Of a stretch of DNA of 32,000 nt, positions 7,600 through 15,679 are shown in pieces (position 1 is the stretch's first letter; every line of letters starts with the position of its first letter). The notes beneath the pieces were generated by a model. That model had not been told where the DNA came from, ran no database searches, and saw nothing but the letters and a program-made list of their open reading frames with translations. The stretch spans positions 900,001-932,000 of the forward strand of contig NZ_CP007536.1 of NCBI RefSeq assembly GCF_000698785.1. The letters run 5' to 3'. The translations under genes and the position numbers were made by a program. This DNA is from Nitrososphaera viennensis EN76. GTDB lineage: Archaea > Thermoproteota > Nitrososphaeria > Nitrososphaerales > Nitrososphaeraceae.

Positions 7600-8463
7600 T
7601 TGGACAAGTCTGCGGTTTTCAACGAGGCTAGGAAGGCGGCATGGGTCTCCATATGGACGCTGATAGCAATAGGCATCGCCGAAGTCCTGCTCTCATTTTT
7701 CACAAGTAGCCTCACGCTCTTTGCCGACGGCCTTGACTCGCTTGCAGACGCGCTTGTCTCGTTTGTCGTCTGGTTTGGCATACGGATGATCCACCGGCCA
7801 AAGAGCAGGCTGTTTCCCTTTGGCTACACCAAGATAGAGAGTTTCGCAGCTTTCGTTGCTGCAGTCATCATCCTGTTCCTTGGCGGCTTTATAGTATACA
7901 ATGCATACCAGCATTTCCTCCATCCCGAGCCGGTCGGCAACTACCCCGTCACGATGGCGGCCCTTGCAGGTGCCGGTGCGGTGTCGCTCCACAGAGCGTT
8001 CAAGGTGCGAAGCGTCGCCAAAAAGTACGACCTCATATCGCTCAACCTCGACGCCAAGAACTCAATAAAGGACGGCACCGCCTCGTTCGTGGGCCTTACA
8101 AGCGTCATTGCGGCGTTCTTTGGCATCCCCTACATGGACGCAATCGGCAGCATCATGATAGCTGGGTATATCTTTTACATGGCGTTTACCGCGCTGAAAG
8201 AGTCGACACTCGTGCTTGTCGACGCCGTCAAGAACCCCGAGATGCAGGCCGAGATGATCCTCCACATAGAGAGGAAATTCAATGTAAAGGTGGAAAAGAT
8301 ACTCCTCCGGCCCGCAGGTCAGGAATTCTACGCGCAGGTGCACGTGGAGCTTGACAAGAACATGAGCCTTGACAAGGCAAACGAGCTGATGGCCAAAATA
8401 CGCGCATCGGTAATGTCAGAGTTTGAGACAGAGGACACCGTGGTAATTCCAAAGCCGGTCTAG
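7600..8463 (+). CDS. Cation diffusion facilitator (CDF) family divalent-metal efflux transporter
   Basis: TTG start. There are six TM helices plus a C-terminal cytoplasmic domain. The TM2 motif is SLTLFADGLDSLADALVS. Overall length and layout are typical of CDF proteins. Confidence 0.8.
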   Translation: MDKSAVFNEARKAAWVSIWTLIAIGIAEVLLSFFTSSLTLFADGLDSLADALVSFVVWFGIRMIHRPKSRLFPFGYTKIESFAAFVAAVIILFLGGFIVYNAYQHFLHPEPVGNYPVTMAALAGAGAVSLHRAFKVRSVAKKYDLISLNLDAKNSIKDGTASFVGLTSVIAAFFGIPYMDAIGSIMIAGYIFYMAFTALKESTLVLVDAVKNPEMQAEMILHIERKFNVKVEKILLRPAGQEFYAQVHVELDKNMSLDKANELMAKIRASVMSEFETEDTVVIPKPV

Positions 8464-8601
8464 GACGTGGATGAGTATTTTCTAGAAATTATATTAAATT
8501 GCTATTAACTATGATCATAAAATCATATTACCAAGAAATAGCATGATTATTATAACGACCTTGAAGAAAAAGCAGAAATATTAAAGTCACGTATAAAGGG
8601 C

Positions 8602-9192
8602 ATGTTGCCACAGTCGTCATCCGTAAAAGGGGCAATGAAAAACGGGGCAAAGTACGGCGCGATTGCAGGGTTGATAGCAACGTGGTCGATCTCGACAGCG
8701 ATAGCGGCGTCGGAGCTGGAACTTGGCCTCCCGATAGGGGCGTTTTACGCAGTGATGGGCGTAAGCCTTGGCGCAGGCGATTTTGGCTCTGCCGCGTACT
8801 TGGGCTTTGGCCTGCACCTGCTGACGGGTGCGCTGCTTGGCGCAATCATTGGGCTCGTCATGTGCAGGTTTGCCATGATGAAATTCCTGAACCCGTACAG
8901 GGCAGTTGTTGCAGGCATTGGTGCAGGAGTCGTGGTGTGGCTCGTGCTGTTCCTTCCCGTGACTGCGCTTTTGGTCCAGCCCTCGATGGCCAGGATAAGC
9001 TTTTTGCTTGCCGAGAGCATGCCGCTGCAGAGCGCGGCGCTTGGCAACGCGAACCAGTTTGTGTGGGGAATTGCATTGAGCGCCATCGCGTTCCACCTCG
9101 TGTGGGGCGCAATATTTGGCTACGTGGCAAGCGCGTTTCTGCGCATCAGGGCGTTTCGCATGACTCACCCGGAGAAGGGGATGATGCAGTAG
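8602..9192 (+). CDS. Uncharacterised polytopic membrane protein, paralog 1 of a tandem pair
   Basis: It shares blocks with the next gene: GLP[IV]G[AT]FY, LH[LM]L[TA]G and G[IL]GAG..VW..LFLPVT. Confidence 0.6.
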   Translation: MLPQSSSVKGAMKNGAKYGAIAGLIATWSISTAIAASELELGLPIGAFYAVMGVSLGAGDFGSAAYLGFGLHLLTGALLGAIIGLVMCRFAMMKFLNPYRAVVAGIGAGVVVWLVLFLPVTALLVQPSMARISFLLAESMPLQSAALGNANQFVWGIALSAIAFHLVWGAIFGYVASAFLRIRAFRMTHPEKGMMQ

Positions 9193-9194
9193 TA

Positions 9195-9788
9195 ATGACT
9201 GTACGGGACAGCAGGCATGTCTCGCTGCAGAAAAGCCGCGGCCTTGCGGTGGCCGGCGCAGGAGCCGCGTCGGGCCTCATAGGCTCGCTTGCAGTCTCGG
9301 CGCTGATACTGCTCGGAGAGAGGGTTGCGGGGCTGCCGGTGGGCACGTTTTACCTGATGCTTGTTTCTGCAGTGTCGCAGGCGCAGGACTATAACACGTA
9401 CGCGATAGTGCAGGGCCTGCTTTTGCACATGCTTGCCGGCACGGCAATCGGGCTTGCGGTTTCGGCGCCGTTTGCAATTTCGAAAAAAGCGTACGCGTCG
9501 CTTGGCAGGCTTGCCCCGGCGTACGGCCTTGGGGCAGGCGCGCTAGTCTGGGCCGCGCTGTTTTTGCCAGTCACGTACGGGACCATGATGCCGCTCCTGC
9601 AGTCGCTTGACGGCCAGTCGGTCGTCAGCCAGCGCGCGCCTATCGGAACCCTGTTCAGCATCGCAGTTTCAGACATGCTTGCAATGATAGACAGGATCAT
9701 CTATACCGCGCTTGCGTTTAACATGCTCTTTGGGCTTGTCACGCTGGTGCTCACAAGGGCTTTTTCAGAGGCGGCAATCGGCAGGTAA
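9195..9788 (+). CDS. Uncharacterised polytopic membrane protein, paralog 2 of a tandem pair
   Basis: This is the real part of ORF 8682..9788. ATG at 9195 comes immediately after the tandem stops TAG-TAA of paralog 1. The same conserved blocks as 8602..9192 are present. Confidence 0.6.
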   Translation: MTVRDSRHVSLQKSRGLAVAGAGAASGLIGSLAVSALILLGERVAGLPVGTFYLMLVSAVSQAQDYNTYAIVQGLLLHMLAGTAIGLAVSAPFAISKKAYASLGRLAPAYGLGAGALVWAALFLPVTYGTMMPLLQSLDGQSVVSQRAPIGTLFSIAVSDMLAMIDRIIYTALAFNMLFGLVTLVLTRAFSEAAIGR

Positions 9789-9820
9789 TTTTATAAAGCC
9801 AACCAAGTCTTTCTCCGCAC

Positions 9821-9988
9821 ATGGTCCAGAGGCGCATCCTGAAGAACCAGAGAAGGGTGGGCGAAGCAGTCATGATCGTATCCGGAGTCGGAGTTGGCAT
9901 CCTGGGCCTTGCGCTCAGCGTCCCGCAGATCTCGTTTGGCGGCCTCTGCATAATCGGTCTGGGCATATTCTCGATATTCTGGAGATGA
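9821..9988 (+). CDS. Unannotated small membrane protein (55 aa, two predicted TM helices)
   Basis: My translation is MVQRRILKNQRRVGEAVMIVSGVGVGILGLALSVPQISFGGLCIIGLGIFSIFWR. TTTATAAA at 9790-9797 sits 24-31 nt upstream of the ATG, the same geometry as other genes here. The ORF ends 11 nt before the DsbA-like gene. Confidence 0.5.
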   Translation: MVQRRILKNQRRVGEAVMIVSGVGVGILGLALSVPQISFGGLCIIGLGIFSIFWR

Positions 9989-9999
9989 CATAGCCGCAC

Positions 10000-10713
10000 A
10001 TGCGCAAGAATAACAAGAACGTCCTCATTGCAGTCATTGCGGCTGGCCTCATAGTTGCGGCAGGCGCCGGCGCGTTCTTTGCAACCACTTTTGCGCAAAA
10101 GCCGCAGAGCGACGAGGAGTTTGTCAGGATGGTATTTCAGAAAATGCAGTCGCCCACAATCGCGGCCGCCCCAGTGCTTGGAAACGCAAACGCCCCGGTG
10201 ACGATTGTGGAGTTTGGCGACTATTTGTGCACGTTCTGCCACAGGTTCCACGAGGACACCAAGGACAAGCTCGTAGCAGACTATGTCGAAACAGGCAAGG
10301 CCAGGTTCGTCTTCAAGGACTTTCCGATAAACGACCACCTCGATGGCGGCTCGTCTCTTGGCGCGCAGGCGTCGTACTGCGCAGCCGACCAGGGCAAGTT
10401 CTGGGAGTTCCATGATTTCATGTACAACAACTGGGGAGGCGAAAGGGCAGGATGGATAACCAAGGAGAACATGGTCGACTTTGCCCAGAAGGTGGGTGTT
10501 TCCAACGTTGACCAGTTCAAGTCATGCCTCGACTCTGGCAAATACGCAGGCGTTGTCAGGGACAACTATAACCTGGCCAAGACCGTCGGGCTGAACGCGA
10601 CTCCCAGCTTTGTCATAATCCCGGCAAACGGCCAACCTGAGCCCATCATAGGCGCACAGCCCTACAGGGTATTCCAAGAGACGCTGGACAAGTACACTAC
10701 TACTAGCGGCTGA
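10000..10713 (+). CDS. Membrane-anchored DsbA-family thiol:disulfide oxidoreductase (thioredoxin fold)
   Basis: There is an N-terminal TM anchor. The active-site region is VTIVEFGDYLCTFCHRFH (CxxC), and ...ATPSFVI is near the C-terminus (cis-Pro region). Confidence 0.8.
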   Translation: MRKNNKNVLIAVIAAGLIVAAGAGAFFATTFAQKPQSDEEFVRMVFQKMQSPTIAAAPVLGNANAPVTIVEFGDYLCTFCHRFHEDTKDKLVADYVETGKARFVFKDFPINDHLDGGSSLGAQASYCAADQGKFWEFHDFMYNNWGGERAGWITKENMVDFAQKVGVSNVDQFKSCLDSGKYAGVVRDNYNLAKTVGLNATPSFVIIPANGQPEPIIGAQPYRVFQETLDKYTTTSG

Positions 10714-11938
10714 CCACGTACCGATTGCCCGTGAGCGAGAACAGGGTTTCCGAGACTTCCTTCAATAGCGCGTCGACCTCGGCGTTTGTCCCCGCCACCT
10801 GCTTCTTTAGCTGGTCAAGCCACTGCCGCTCCCTTGCAAGGCCTTCCTCATGCTGGGCAATAATCATCTCGGCGTCTCTTGCGCGCTGGACTGCATCGTG
10901 AATTTTTCCCTGGCGCAGAACCGCAATCTCGGCTGAGATCGAGGCCGCGTCCTTTTGCAGCTGCGGAAGCGACGACTGGATAGATGCAAGGTGCTGGAGC
11001 ACCCTGTCCGAATCCTTTAGTGGTATCTGGCCAGAGGCAACTGACTTGTAGACCTCCGCAAGGAGCTCCGAGTAGGAAGACATGTCATCGTGCTGCTGTT
11101 GCTTGCCAAGTACAGACCACGGCTCCTCAGACAGCACGCGCAGGCGCCTCTCCGTCTCTTTTGACACGCCGTACGAGTATTTTGACAGCGCCTTTGAAAC
11201 GTGCGAGAACATCTCTGCAACCTGCGCGTTAAACTGCTCCTGTTTTTTCTCGGCCTGCGCGAGTTTTTCCGCGGCGGCCTTGGCCTCTGCAAACTCGGAG
11301 GAGCCCGCAAGCGCCGCAAGCTCTTCCTTCAGCCTTGCAAGGTCGGATTCAAGCGCAGAAATGCGCTCCTGCGTTGCCTGCGCGGCCTGCTCGTCTGCCT
11401 TTGCAGACGAGATCTTTTGCATGATAGTGTTGAGCGTGTTTGCGCACCTTACCGCCGGCGCGCGCTCTTGCTCAAATGTGGATATGGCCGCCTTGACATC
11501 CTTTAGCAGGTCTTCAAGGTCGCCAAGCTCGCTCTTCATGCTTGAAGCATGCTTTTTGAGGAAATAGTTGAGCATCTTGCTGTGCGAGCCGGTGACCTCG
11601 CCAAAGCGGTGTATCATCGACTCCATCCTCTCCTTGAACTTTTTTGCGTCCCCGAGGGTCTCCACCTGCGGCAGTTCAGATGACGCCTCGCGCCTCAGCG
11701 CGGACACCACCATTCTTTTGGTGTTTTCGATGTTGGAGCCAAACCTCTTTTCAAGCTCTTCAAGTTTCAGCTTTTCCTTTTCCATCCCGTCGGCGATGGA
11801 CGCAAGTGACGCAAGCGAGCGCGCGGCAGAATCCCTCGCCGGCGCAAGCCGGGCCGAAAGCGACTGCACGCGGGCAGACTCGATGCTGTCAAGAAGCGAC
11901 TGCACGTCCTGTATCGAGAGTGTGCCTGCCTGCGGCAT
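10703..11938 (-). CDS. Long alpha-helical coiled-coil protein of unknown function
   Basis: The track ORF runs to 12487, but its first ~160-183 codons are His/Arg-rich junk antisense to the 12086 gene. Credible starts are ATG at 11938 (MPQAGTLSIQDV...) or in-frame GTG at 12004 (M-PFGLFKKKEAEK...). The remainder is E/K/A/L-rich with heptad-like character (e.g. ERISALESDLARLKEELAALAG). Confidence 0.6.
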   Translation of the reverse strand: MPQAGTLSIQDVQSLLDSIESARVQSLSARLAPARDSAARSLASLASIADGMEKEKLKLEELEKRFGSNIENTKRMVVSALRREASSELPQVETLGDAKKFKERMESMIHRFGEVTGSHSKMLNYFLKKHASSMKSELGDLEDLLKDVKAAISTFEQERAPAVRCANTLNTIMQKISSAKADEQAAQATQERISALESDLARLKEELAALAGSSEFAEAKAAAEKLAQAEKKQEQFNAQVAEMFSHVSKALSKYSYGVSKETERRLRVLSEEPWSVLGKQQQHDDMSSYSELLAEVYKSVASGQIPLKDSDRVLQHLASIQSSLPQLQKDAASISAEIAVLRQGKIHDAVQRARDAEMIIAQHEEGLARERQWLDQLKKQVAGTNAEVDALLKEVSETLFSLTGNRYVVSR

Positions 11939-12085
11939 GTCCGGCGCGACTGGGGCCGGCACGCTTTTTTCGGCCTCTTTCTTTTTGAATAACCCAAAAG
12001 GCACGAGAATCTCTGACGCATCATGAGCAAAAAACTGTTGCGGATCTGGGGAAAGGCTTAATGCGCAGTTTAAGGTAATCGTCTC

Positions 12086-12853
12086 ATGGCCGAGGGGCCT
12101 GCCGCTCCAAAGCACTCTGTACTTGCTGGCGCCAAGGCGTGGTTTGCGCGCCACGAGCAGACCCTTTTGATAGTAAACTGCGTCAGCATCGCGCTCCTGT
12201 TCCTGCTCCACATATTCGGCTCGACAGTCCCCGTGTTTGCGCCGGCGCTTGGAACCCTTGTCAACGTCTTTGCAATAGTGCTCGTGTCCTTCATCTTTGC
12301 AAGCGTGGTGTGGAAGGGCGTGGTGCCGGCGGTGATATGCATGCTTGGAATCGTGCTCATGCACAACGCGATCATACTGCCGTACTACCCGCCTGCAGAC
12401 CCGACGTTTCCCGACTTTATGATCAGGGGCCAAGACTATGTGAGGAGCTCCGCGCAGGTGTCTGCGCAGGTCGCCTCGACCATGCACTTTTTCCTCGGCC
12501 TTGGCATGGTGGCCTTTGCCATCACCCTGGCGTACAGGCCCGGCTTTCTTTTCACGAGGAACCGCCCGCGGCCGGAAGAAGAGGACGACCCATGGTCAAA
12601 GTACCCGGTATGGTACGACAACATCAAGCTGGTAGGCGACCACAAGGAGCAGATGGTGGAGGCAAAGAGCCTCATGGAGGACGCGGATCGCTACCTGATA
12701 TGGCGCTACGAGTACGTGCTTGCCTACATTTACGGCACTGCCCACCTTGTCAGGCCAAACGGGCTAGTACCCAAAAAGGACACGACATTTGTGAGGGACG
12801 AGGAGAGCGGCCTCCTGGTGGGCAAGGCCCGCTATACCGGCTACTTTACCTGA
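12086..12853 (+). CDS. Membrane protein (about 4 TM) with a C-terminal soluble domain; unknown function
   Basis: 255-aa ORF transcribed divergently from the coiled-coil gene. TM segments are followed by PEEEDDPWSKYPVWYDN...YEYVLAYIYGTAHLVRPNG. No family recognised. Confidence 0.6.
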   Translation: MAEGPAAPKHSVLAGAKAWFARHEQTLLIVNCVSIALLFLLHIFGSTVPVFAPALGTLVNVFAIVLVSFIFASVVWKGVVPAVICMLGIVLMHNAIILPYYPPADPTFPDFMIRGQDYVRSSAQVSAQVASTMHFFLGLGMVAFAITLAYRPGFLFTRNRPRPEEEDDPWSKYPVWYDNIKLVGDHKEQMVEAKSLMEDADRYLIWRYEYVLAYIYGTAHLVRPNGLVPKKDTTFVRDEESGLLVGKARYTGYFT

Positions 12854-12919
12854 TGATGATGTGGCGACTACTGCAGTAATGCAAAATTTTTAAAGGGTCA
12901 CACACCCACCACCTCCCTG

Positions 12920-13108
12920 ATGATTTCAAGCATCGTCGTATTCGTGCTGGCCTTTGCGGCGCTTGGCCTCTTGCTAGGCTACGCGGCCACATTTGACGTC
13001 CAGCCGCAGCACGAGCGCGCAATCATGGCAGACATTGGCTCAAGCAACAGCACTTCAATCACGCTCGGCGAGCAGGTAAGCGCGCAGGTGCAGCCCGCCG
13101 GCCAGTAA
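12920..13108 (+). CDS. Small single-pass membrane protein (62 aa)
   Basis: The N-terminal segment is hydrophobic (ISSIVVFVLAFAALGLLLGYAA). TTTTTAAA at 12887-12894 lies about 27 nt upstream of the ATG. Confidence 0.45.
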   Translation: MISSIVVFVLAFAALGLLLGYAATFDVQPQHERAIMADIGSSNSTSITLGEQVSAQVQPAGQ

Positions 13109-13170
13109 CAGAGTACCGGTTTTGAGATTTAGCGCCAACGTTTTAACTGGCGGGCTCCAACGTTCTGTCA

Positions 13171-13713
13171 TTGGATCCTGAAAGGCAGAGCGCGGCAGAG
13201 CAGTTGATATCGCAGGAGGTCGACGCCGTGGCCGCCAGTCCCGCAAGGGTAAAGGGCAACGGCTGCGCCGCATGCCACGTCCTTTTCACGCTTGTAGACA
13301 GGATGGGCTTGAGTGAAACCGACGCGGCGGATCTCTTGGCACAAGTCCTGACCGACAGGCCGGCCTTAAACGACCGCTTTATCGAGATGGTGGAAAACAT
13401 ACACATGAAGCAAAGGATGGCAGGGGTCGCATTTTCCATAAAGACGAGGGAGGCAAAGGACCGCTACATCGACTCGCAGTTCAAAAACGCGCTGGACGAG
13501 CTCCTGGCTGACGCTGCAAATTTCGGCGCGGAACTGGCCATGCGCAAGCTGGTCATGGCGCACATTTCACTGCAGATAGCCCAGAACCTAGGGATAGACT
13601 ACCACGCCGCAACGGAAGAACTGTACTACTACATGAGAAAGCGCGACGAAGAAACGCATGACCAGTTGATGCAGCTTGCCAGGTCCATCATAGAGAGGGG
13701 CGCCAAGAAATGA
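13171..13713 (+). CDS. Hypothetical helical protein (180 aa; start uncertain, TTG at 13171)
   Basis: The stop overlaps the start of the cupin gene (ATGA at 13710-13713). GTTTTAAC lies about 30 nt upstream. No family recognised. Confidence 0.5.
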   Translation: MDPERQSAAEQLISQEVDAVAASPARVKGNGCAACHVLFTLVDRMGLSETDAADLLAQVLTDRPALNDRFIEMVENIHMKQRMAGVAFSIKTREAKDRYIDSQFKNALDELLADAANFGAELAMRKLVMAHISLQIAQNLGIDYHAATEELYYYMRKRDEETHDQLMQLARSIIERGAKK

Positions 13714-14033
13714 AGAAGGATAATAGCGGACAGGCGTTCGACCTTGACGACCTGCTGGCAAGAATAGACAAGGACAGCTACTGGGTCGACTTCATAAAGG
13801 TGAGGCACCTTGAGGCCGGCGTTCTGCGGCTGTACCCGGGGGAGGAGGACACCCAGACCCCGCACGACGCAGACGAGCTGTATTTCGTAGCCGAGGGAAG
13901 CGGATTCATCAGCATGGGCAAGGAGAGCAAGGCGGTGAAGAAAGGCTCGGTGCTGTTCGTTCCTGCCCACATGCCGCATCACTTTTACGGCAACAAGGAC
14001 ACGCTCGTGGTGCTGTACATGTTTGCAGAATAA
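13710..14033 (+). CDS. Cupin-domain protein
   Basis: The sequence ...GEEDTQTPHDADELYFVAEGSGFISMG...GSVLFVPAHMPHHF fits the two cupin motifs (H.H....E...G and P....H). Confidence 0.75.
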   Translation: MKKDNSGQAFDLDDLLARIDKDSYWVDFIKVRHLEAGVLRLYPGEEDTQTPHDADELYFVAEGSGFISMGKESKAVKKGSVLFVPAHMPHHFYGNKDTLVVLYMFAE

Positions 14034-14247
14034 TTTTACCTATATCTTCTCCATATTGGAGTATAAGACAAATGTACTATGTATCTTTTTGATTAGTATC
14101 TTTTGTGTTTATTATCTTCCGCGAGAGCTCAATTAGCGGATGCCACCTATGGTCGCGTTAATGTCAATAATCTTTATCATTAGTGTATTTACTTCTATTA
14201 CTTCTTATCTTTCAATTTTCAAAGAAAAAAGGAGTATGAAGGATGGT

Positions 14248-15201
14248 TTAACAGCGCGGGTAGTTTGCCGCCATCCTTGACATACTCCAAGTTGCTGTTC
14301 CGCCAGATTTCAGTTCACCGGTCATTACTTCATTGGTTGCACTATACGGATAGGTATTGACTGTGCCCGTACACGATTGGTCTATCCTCACATTGTCGGG
14401 CCAGTTGAGTTGGGTACTTCCTCCATTTGTTGAGTATTTTGCAGTTGCCGATGGATTCGAGCCGAATTGTGGAGCCCAATTTACGCTTGAAATTTGCTTG
14501 TTTTCAAAGAACACGCTGGTGCTTGAGTCGCTAGTCTTGAATGTACCCGAGTTGACGGCAGGCCCGGTATAGCTGAACGCTACGGCAGTCCCTAGATTTA
14601 TACCCGCTAATCGCCAGCCAGATGCGTCTCCCCTGATGTTGAATCGGTAATTGTTCCCGGGAGTATAGGTGAGCGCTGAAAATACAGGAGCGCATCCGGT
14701 GCTGGTGTCATCGTAGTTTATCTGTCCAGAGGTCTTCCAGTAAAATCCAATCTGTGCCCAGTAGTCAGTCGTCGCTTTTGCAGGATTGCAGGCGTTAGCG
14801 CCGCTTCCTCCGGTCATCAATGCATTAACTAGAAGCACGTTTCCCGTGGTCTGTACTCCACTACTGGTAAATGTGATAGCCGGTGAATCCATCTGAATGA
14901 AGTTAGGTGCAGTGCCTACTCCGGTGATATAGTCGATAGAAAATCCGTTAGGGTCTTCTCCATTAGCTGCTTTTTTGGCAGCAGCTTCTGGACTGAGGTT
15001 TTTCTCTTCTAGCGGGTTTACTTCAACTGTTTGTGTTTGCACCACTGCCCCCTTCTTCAAATCTATCACCACTGCCAGCTGAGTCTGGTTGGCAATATTG
15101 TAATGGACTGTGGGCATCCAATTTACTGGCTGCTCATCTATCTTGCCGATGTAGTCTGTGGCTAGGAACTGGTTAGGTCTATTCGCAATTATTTTCTGCA
15201 C
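14248..15201 (-). CDS. C-terminal 317 codons of a secreted protein interrupted by an in-frame TAG; PepSY-like segment then a Cys-containing beta-rich domain
   Basis: It starts at a GTG only because of the upstream stop. It is in the same frame as 15235..15486, with 11 open codons (KAKEIALANAT) between them. It has no signal peptide of its own. Confidence 0.55.
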   Translation of the reverse strand: MQKIIANRPNQFLATDYIGKIDEQPVNWMPTVHYNIANQTQLAVVIDLKKGAVVQTQTVEVNPLEEKNLSPEAAAKKAANGEDPNGFSIDYITGVGTAPNFIQMDSPAITFTSSGVQTTGNVLLVNALMTGGSGANACNPAKATTDYWAQIGFYWKTSGQINYDDTSTGCAPVFSALTYTPGNNYRFNIRGDASGWRLAGINLGTAVAFSYTGPAVNSGTFKTSDSSTSVFFENKQISSVNWAPQFGSNPSATAKYSTNGGSTQLNWPDNVRIDQSCTGTVNTYPYSATNEVMTGELKSGGTATWSMSRMAANYPRC

Positions 15202-15234
15202 AGTTGCATTGGCGAGCGCGATCTCTTTTGCTTT

Positions 15235-15486
15235 CTAAAGGTCCATACTCGATATACGATCCGGCAGTACGCTTTGTAAGTACTCATCTGTCATCCACTC
15301 TGATTGCGGAACTTTTCTAGGCGCAAGGCTGCTGTTTTCAATTGTGGTCGTGTCGTTGGTCATTGCAGTGCTGTTTGGATTGGATTGGGCGGATGCAAGC
15401 ACCATGCCCATAGCTATCAGGCCAGATAGAACTATGGCAGATGCTAGCATACCCAATTTTCGTGGCGTAACATTCTTCCATGACAT
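15235..15486 (-). CDS. N-terminal 83 codons (signal peptide plus linker) of the same interrupted secreted protein
   Basis: MSWKNVTPRKLGMLASAIVLSGLIAMGMVLASAQS is a signal peptide. TTATATATT lies about 25 nt upstream. The fragment ends at TAG 15235-15237, in frame with 14248..15201. Confidence 0.55.
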   Translation of the reverse strand: MSWKNVTPRKLGMLASAIVLSGLIAMGMVLASAQSNPNSTAMTNDTTTIENSSLAPRKVPQSEWMTDEYLQSVLPDRISSMDL

Positions 15487-15679
15487 TGTTCTAGCAGATT
15501 AGCGGTGAATATATAAGGTTATATCCAAACATGGAGAATTACATAAAATGTTACTATCTAAAGCTAAAAATTCAATATCTTCTATAAAATGGGCATAAAT
15601 GAATTTCCGAAGTAAAGGCTAGCAGAATCTAGCAAAATCCAAGTTTCCTTCAATAATTAAAAAATTGTTATTGCTCAAG

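Noticed and set aside
8617-9194. The 183-aa minus-strand ORF, and the first 171 codons of ORF 8682..9788
   Set aside because: They overlap the membrane-protein gene 8602-9192 in other frames. Only the part from ATG 9195 shows paralogy to the neighbour and membrane-protein character.
9791-9991. 66-aa acidic minus-strand ORF (MSSPEYREYAQTDY...)
   Set aside because: It is antisense to the 55-aa two-TM ORF, which has a properly spaced TTTATAAA box. Its own start would lie 8 bp from the divergent DsbA-like start, leaving no promoter space.
11939-12487. N-terminal ~183 codons of the 594-aa track ORF (His/Arg/Lys-rich)
   Set aside because: The composition is implausible and the region is antisense to the credible membrane-protein gene starting at 12086. 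The coiled-coil character begins only after the ATG at 11938 or the GTG at 12004.
12139-12879. 246-aa plus-strand ORF in an alternative frame
   Set aside because: It overlaps 12086-12853 almost completely. It is Arg/Pro/Gly-rich with no TM helices, whereas the other frame gives coherent hydrophobic helices.
14140-14280. 46-aa hydrophobic plus-strand ORF (MPPMVALMSIIFIISVF...) with GTTTATTATC about 32 nt upstream
   Set aside because: It lies in very AT-rich DNA, where Phe/Ile/Ser-rich frames arise by chance. It overlaps the 3' end of the convergent gene by 33 nt. It is too weak to call without conservation data.
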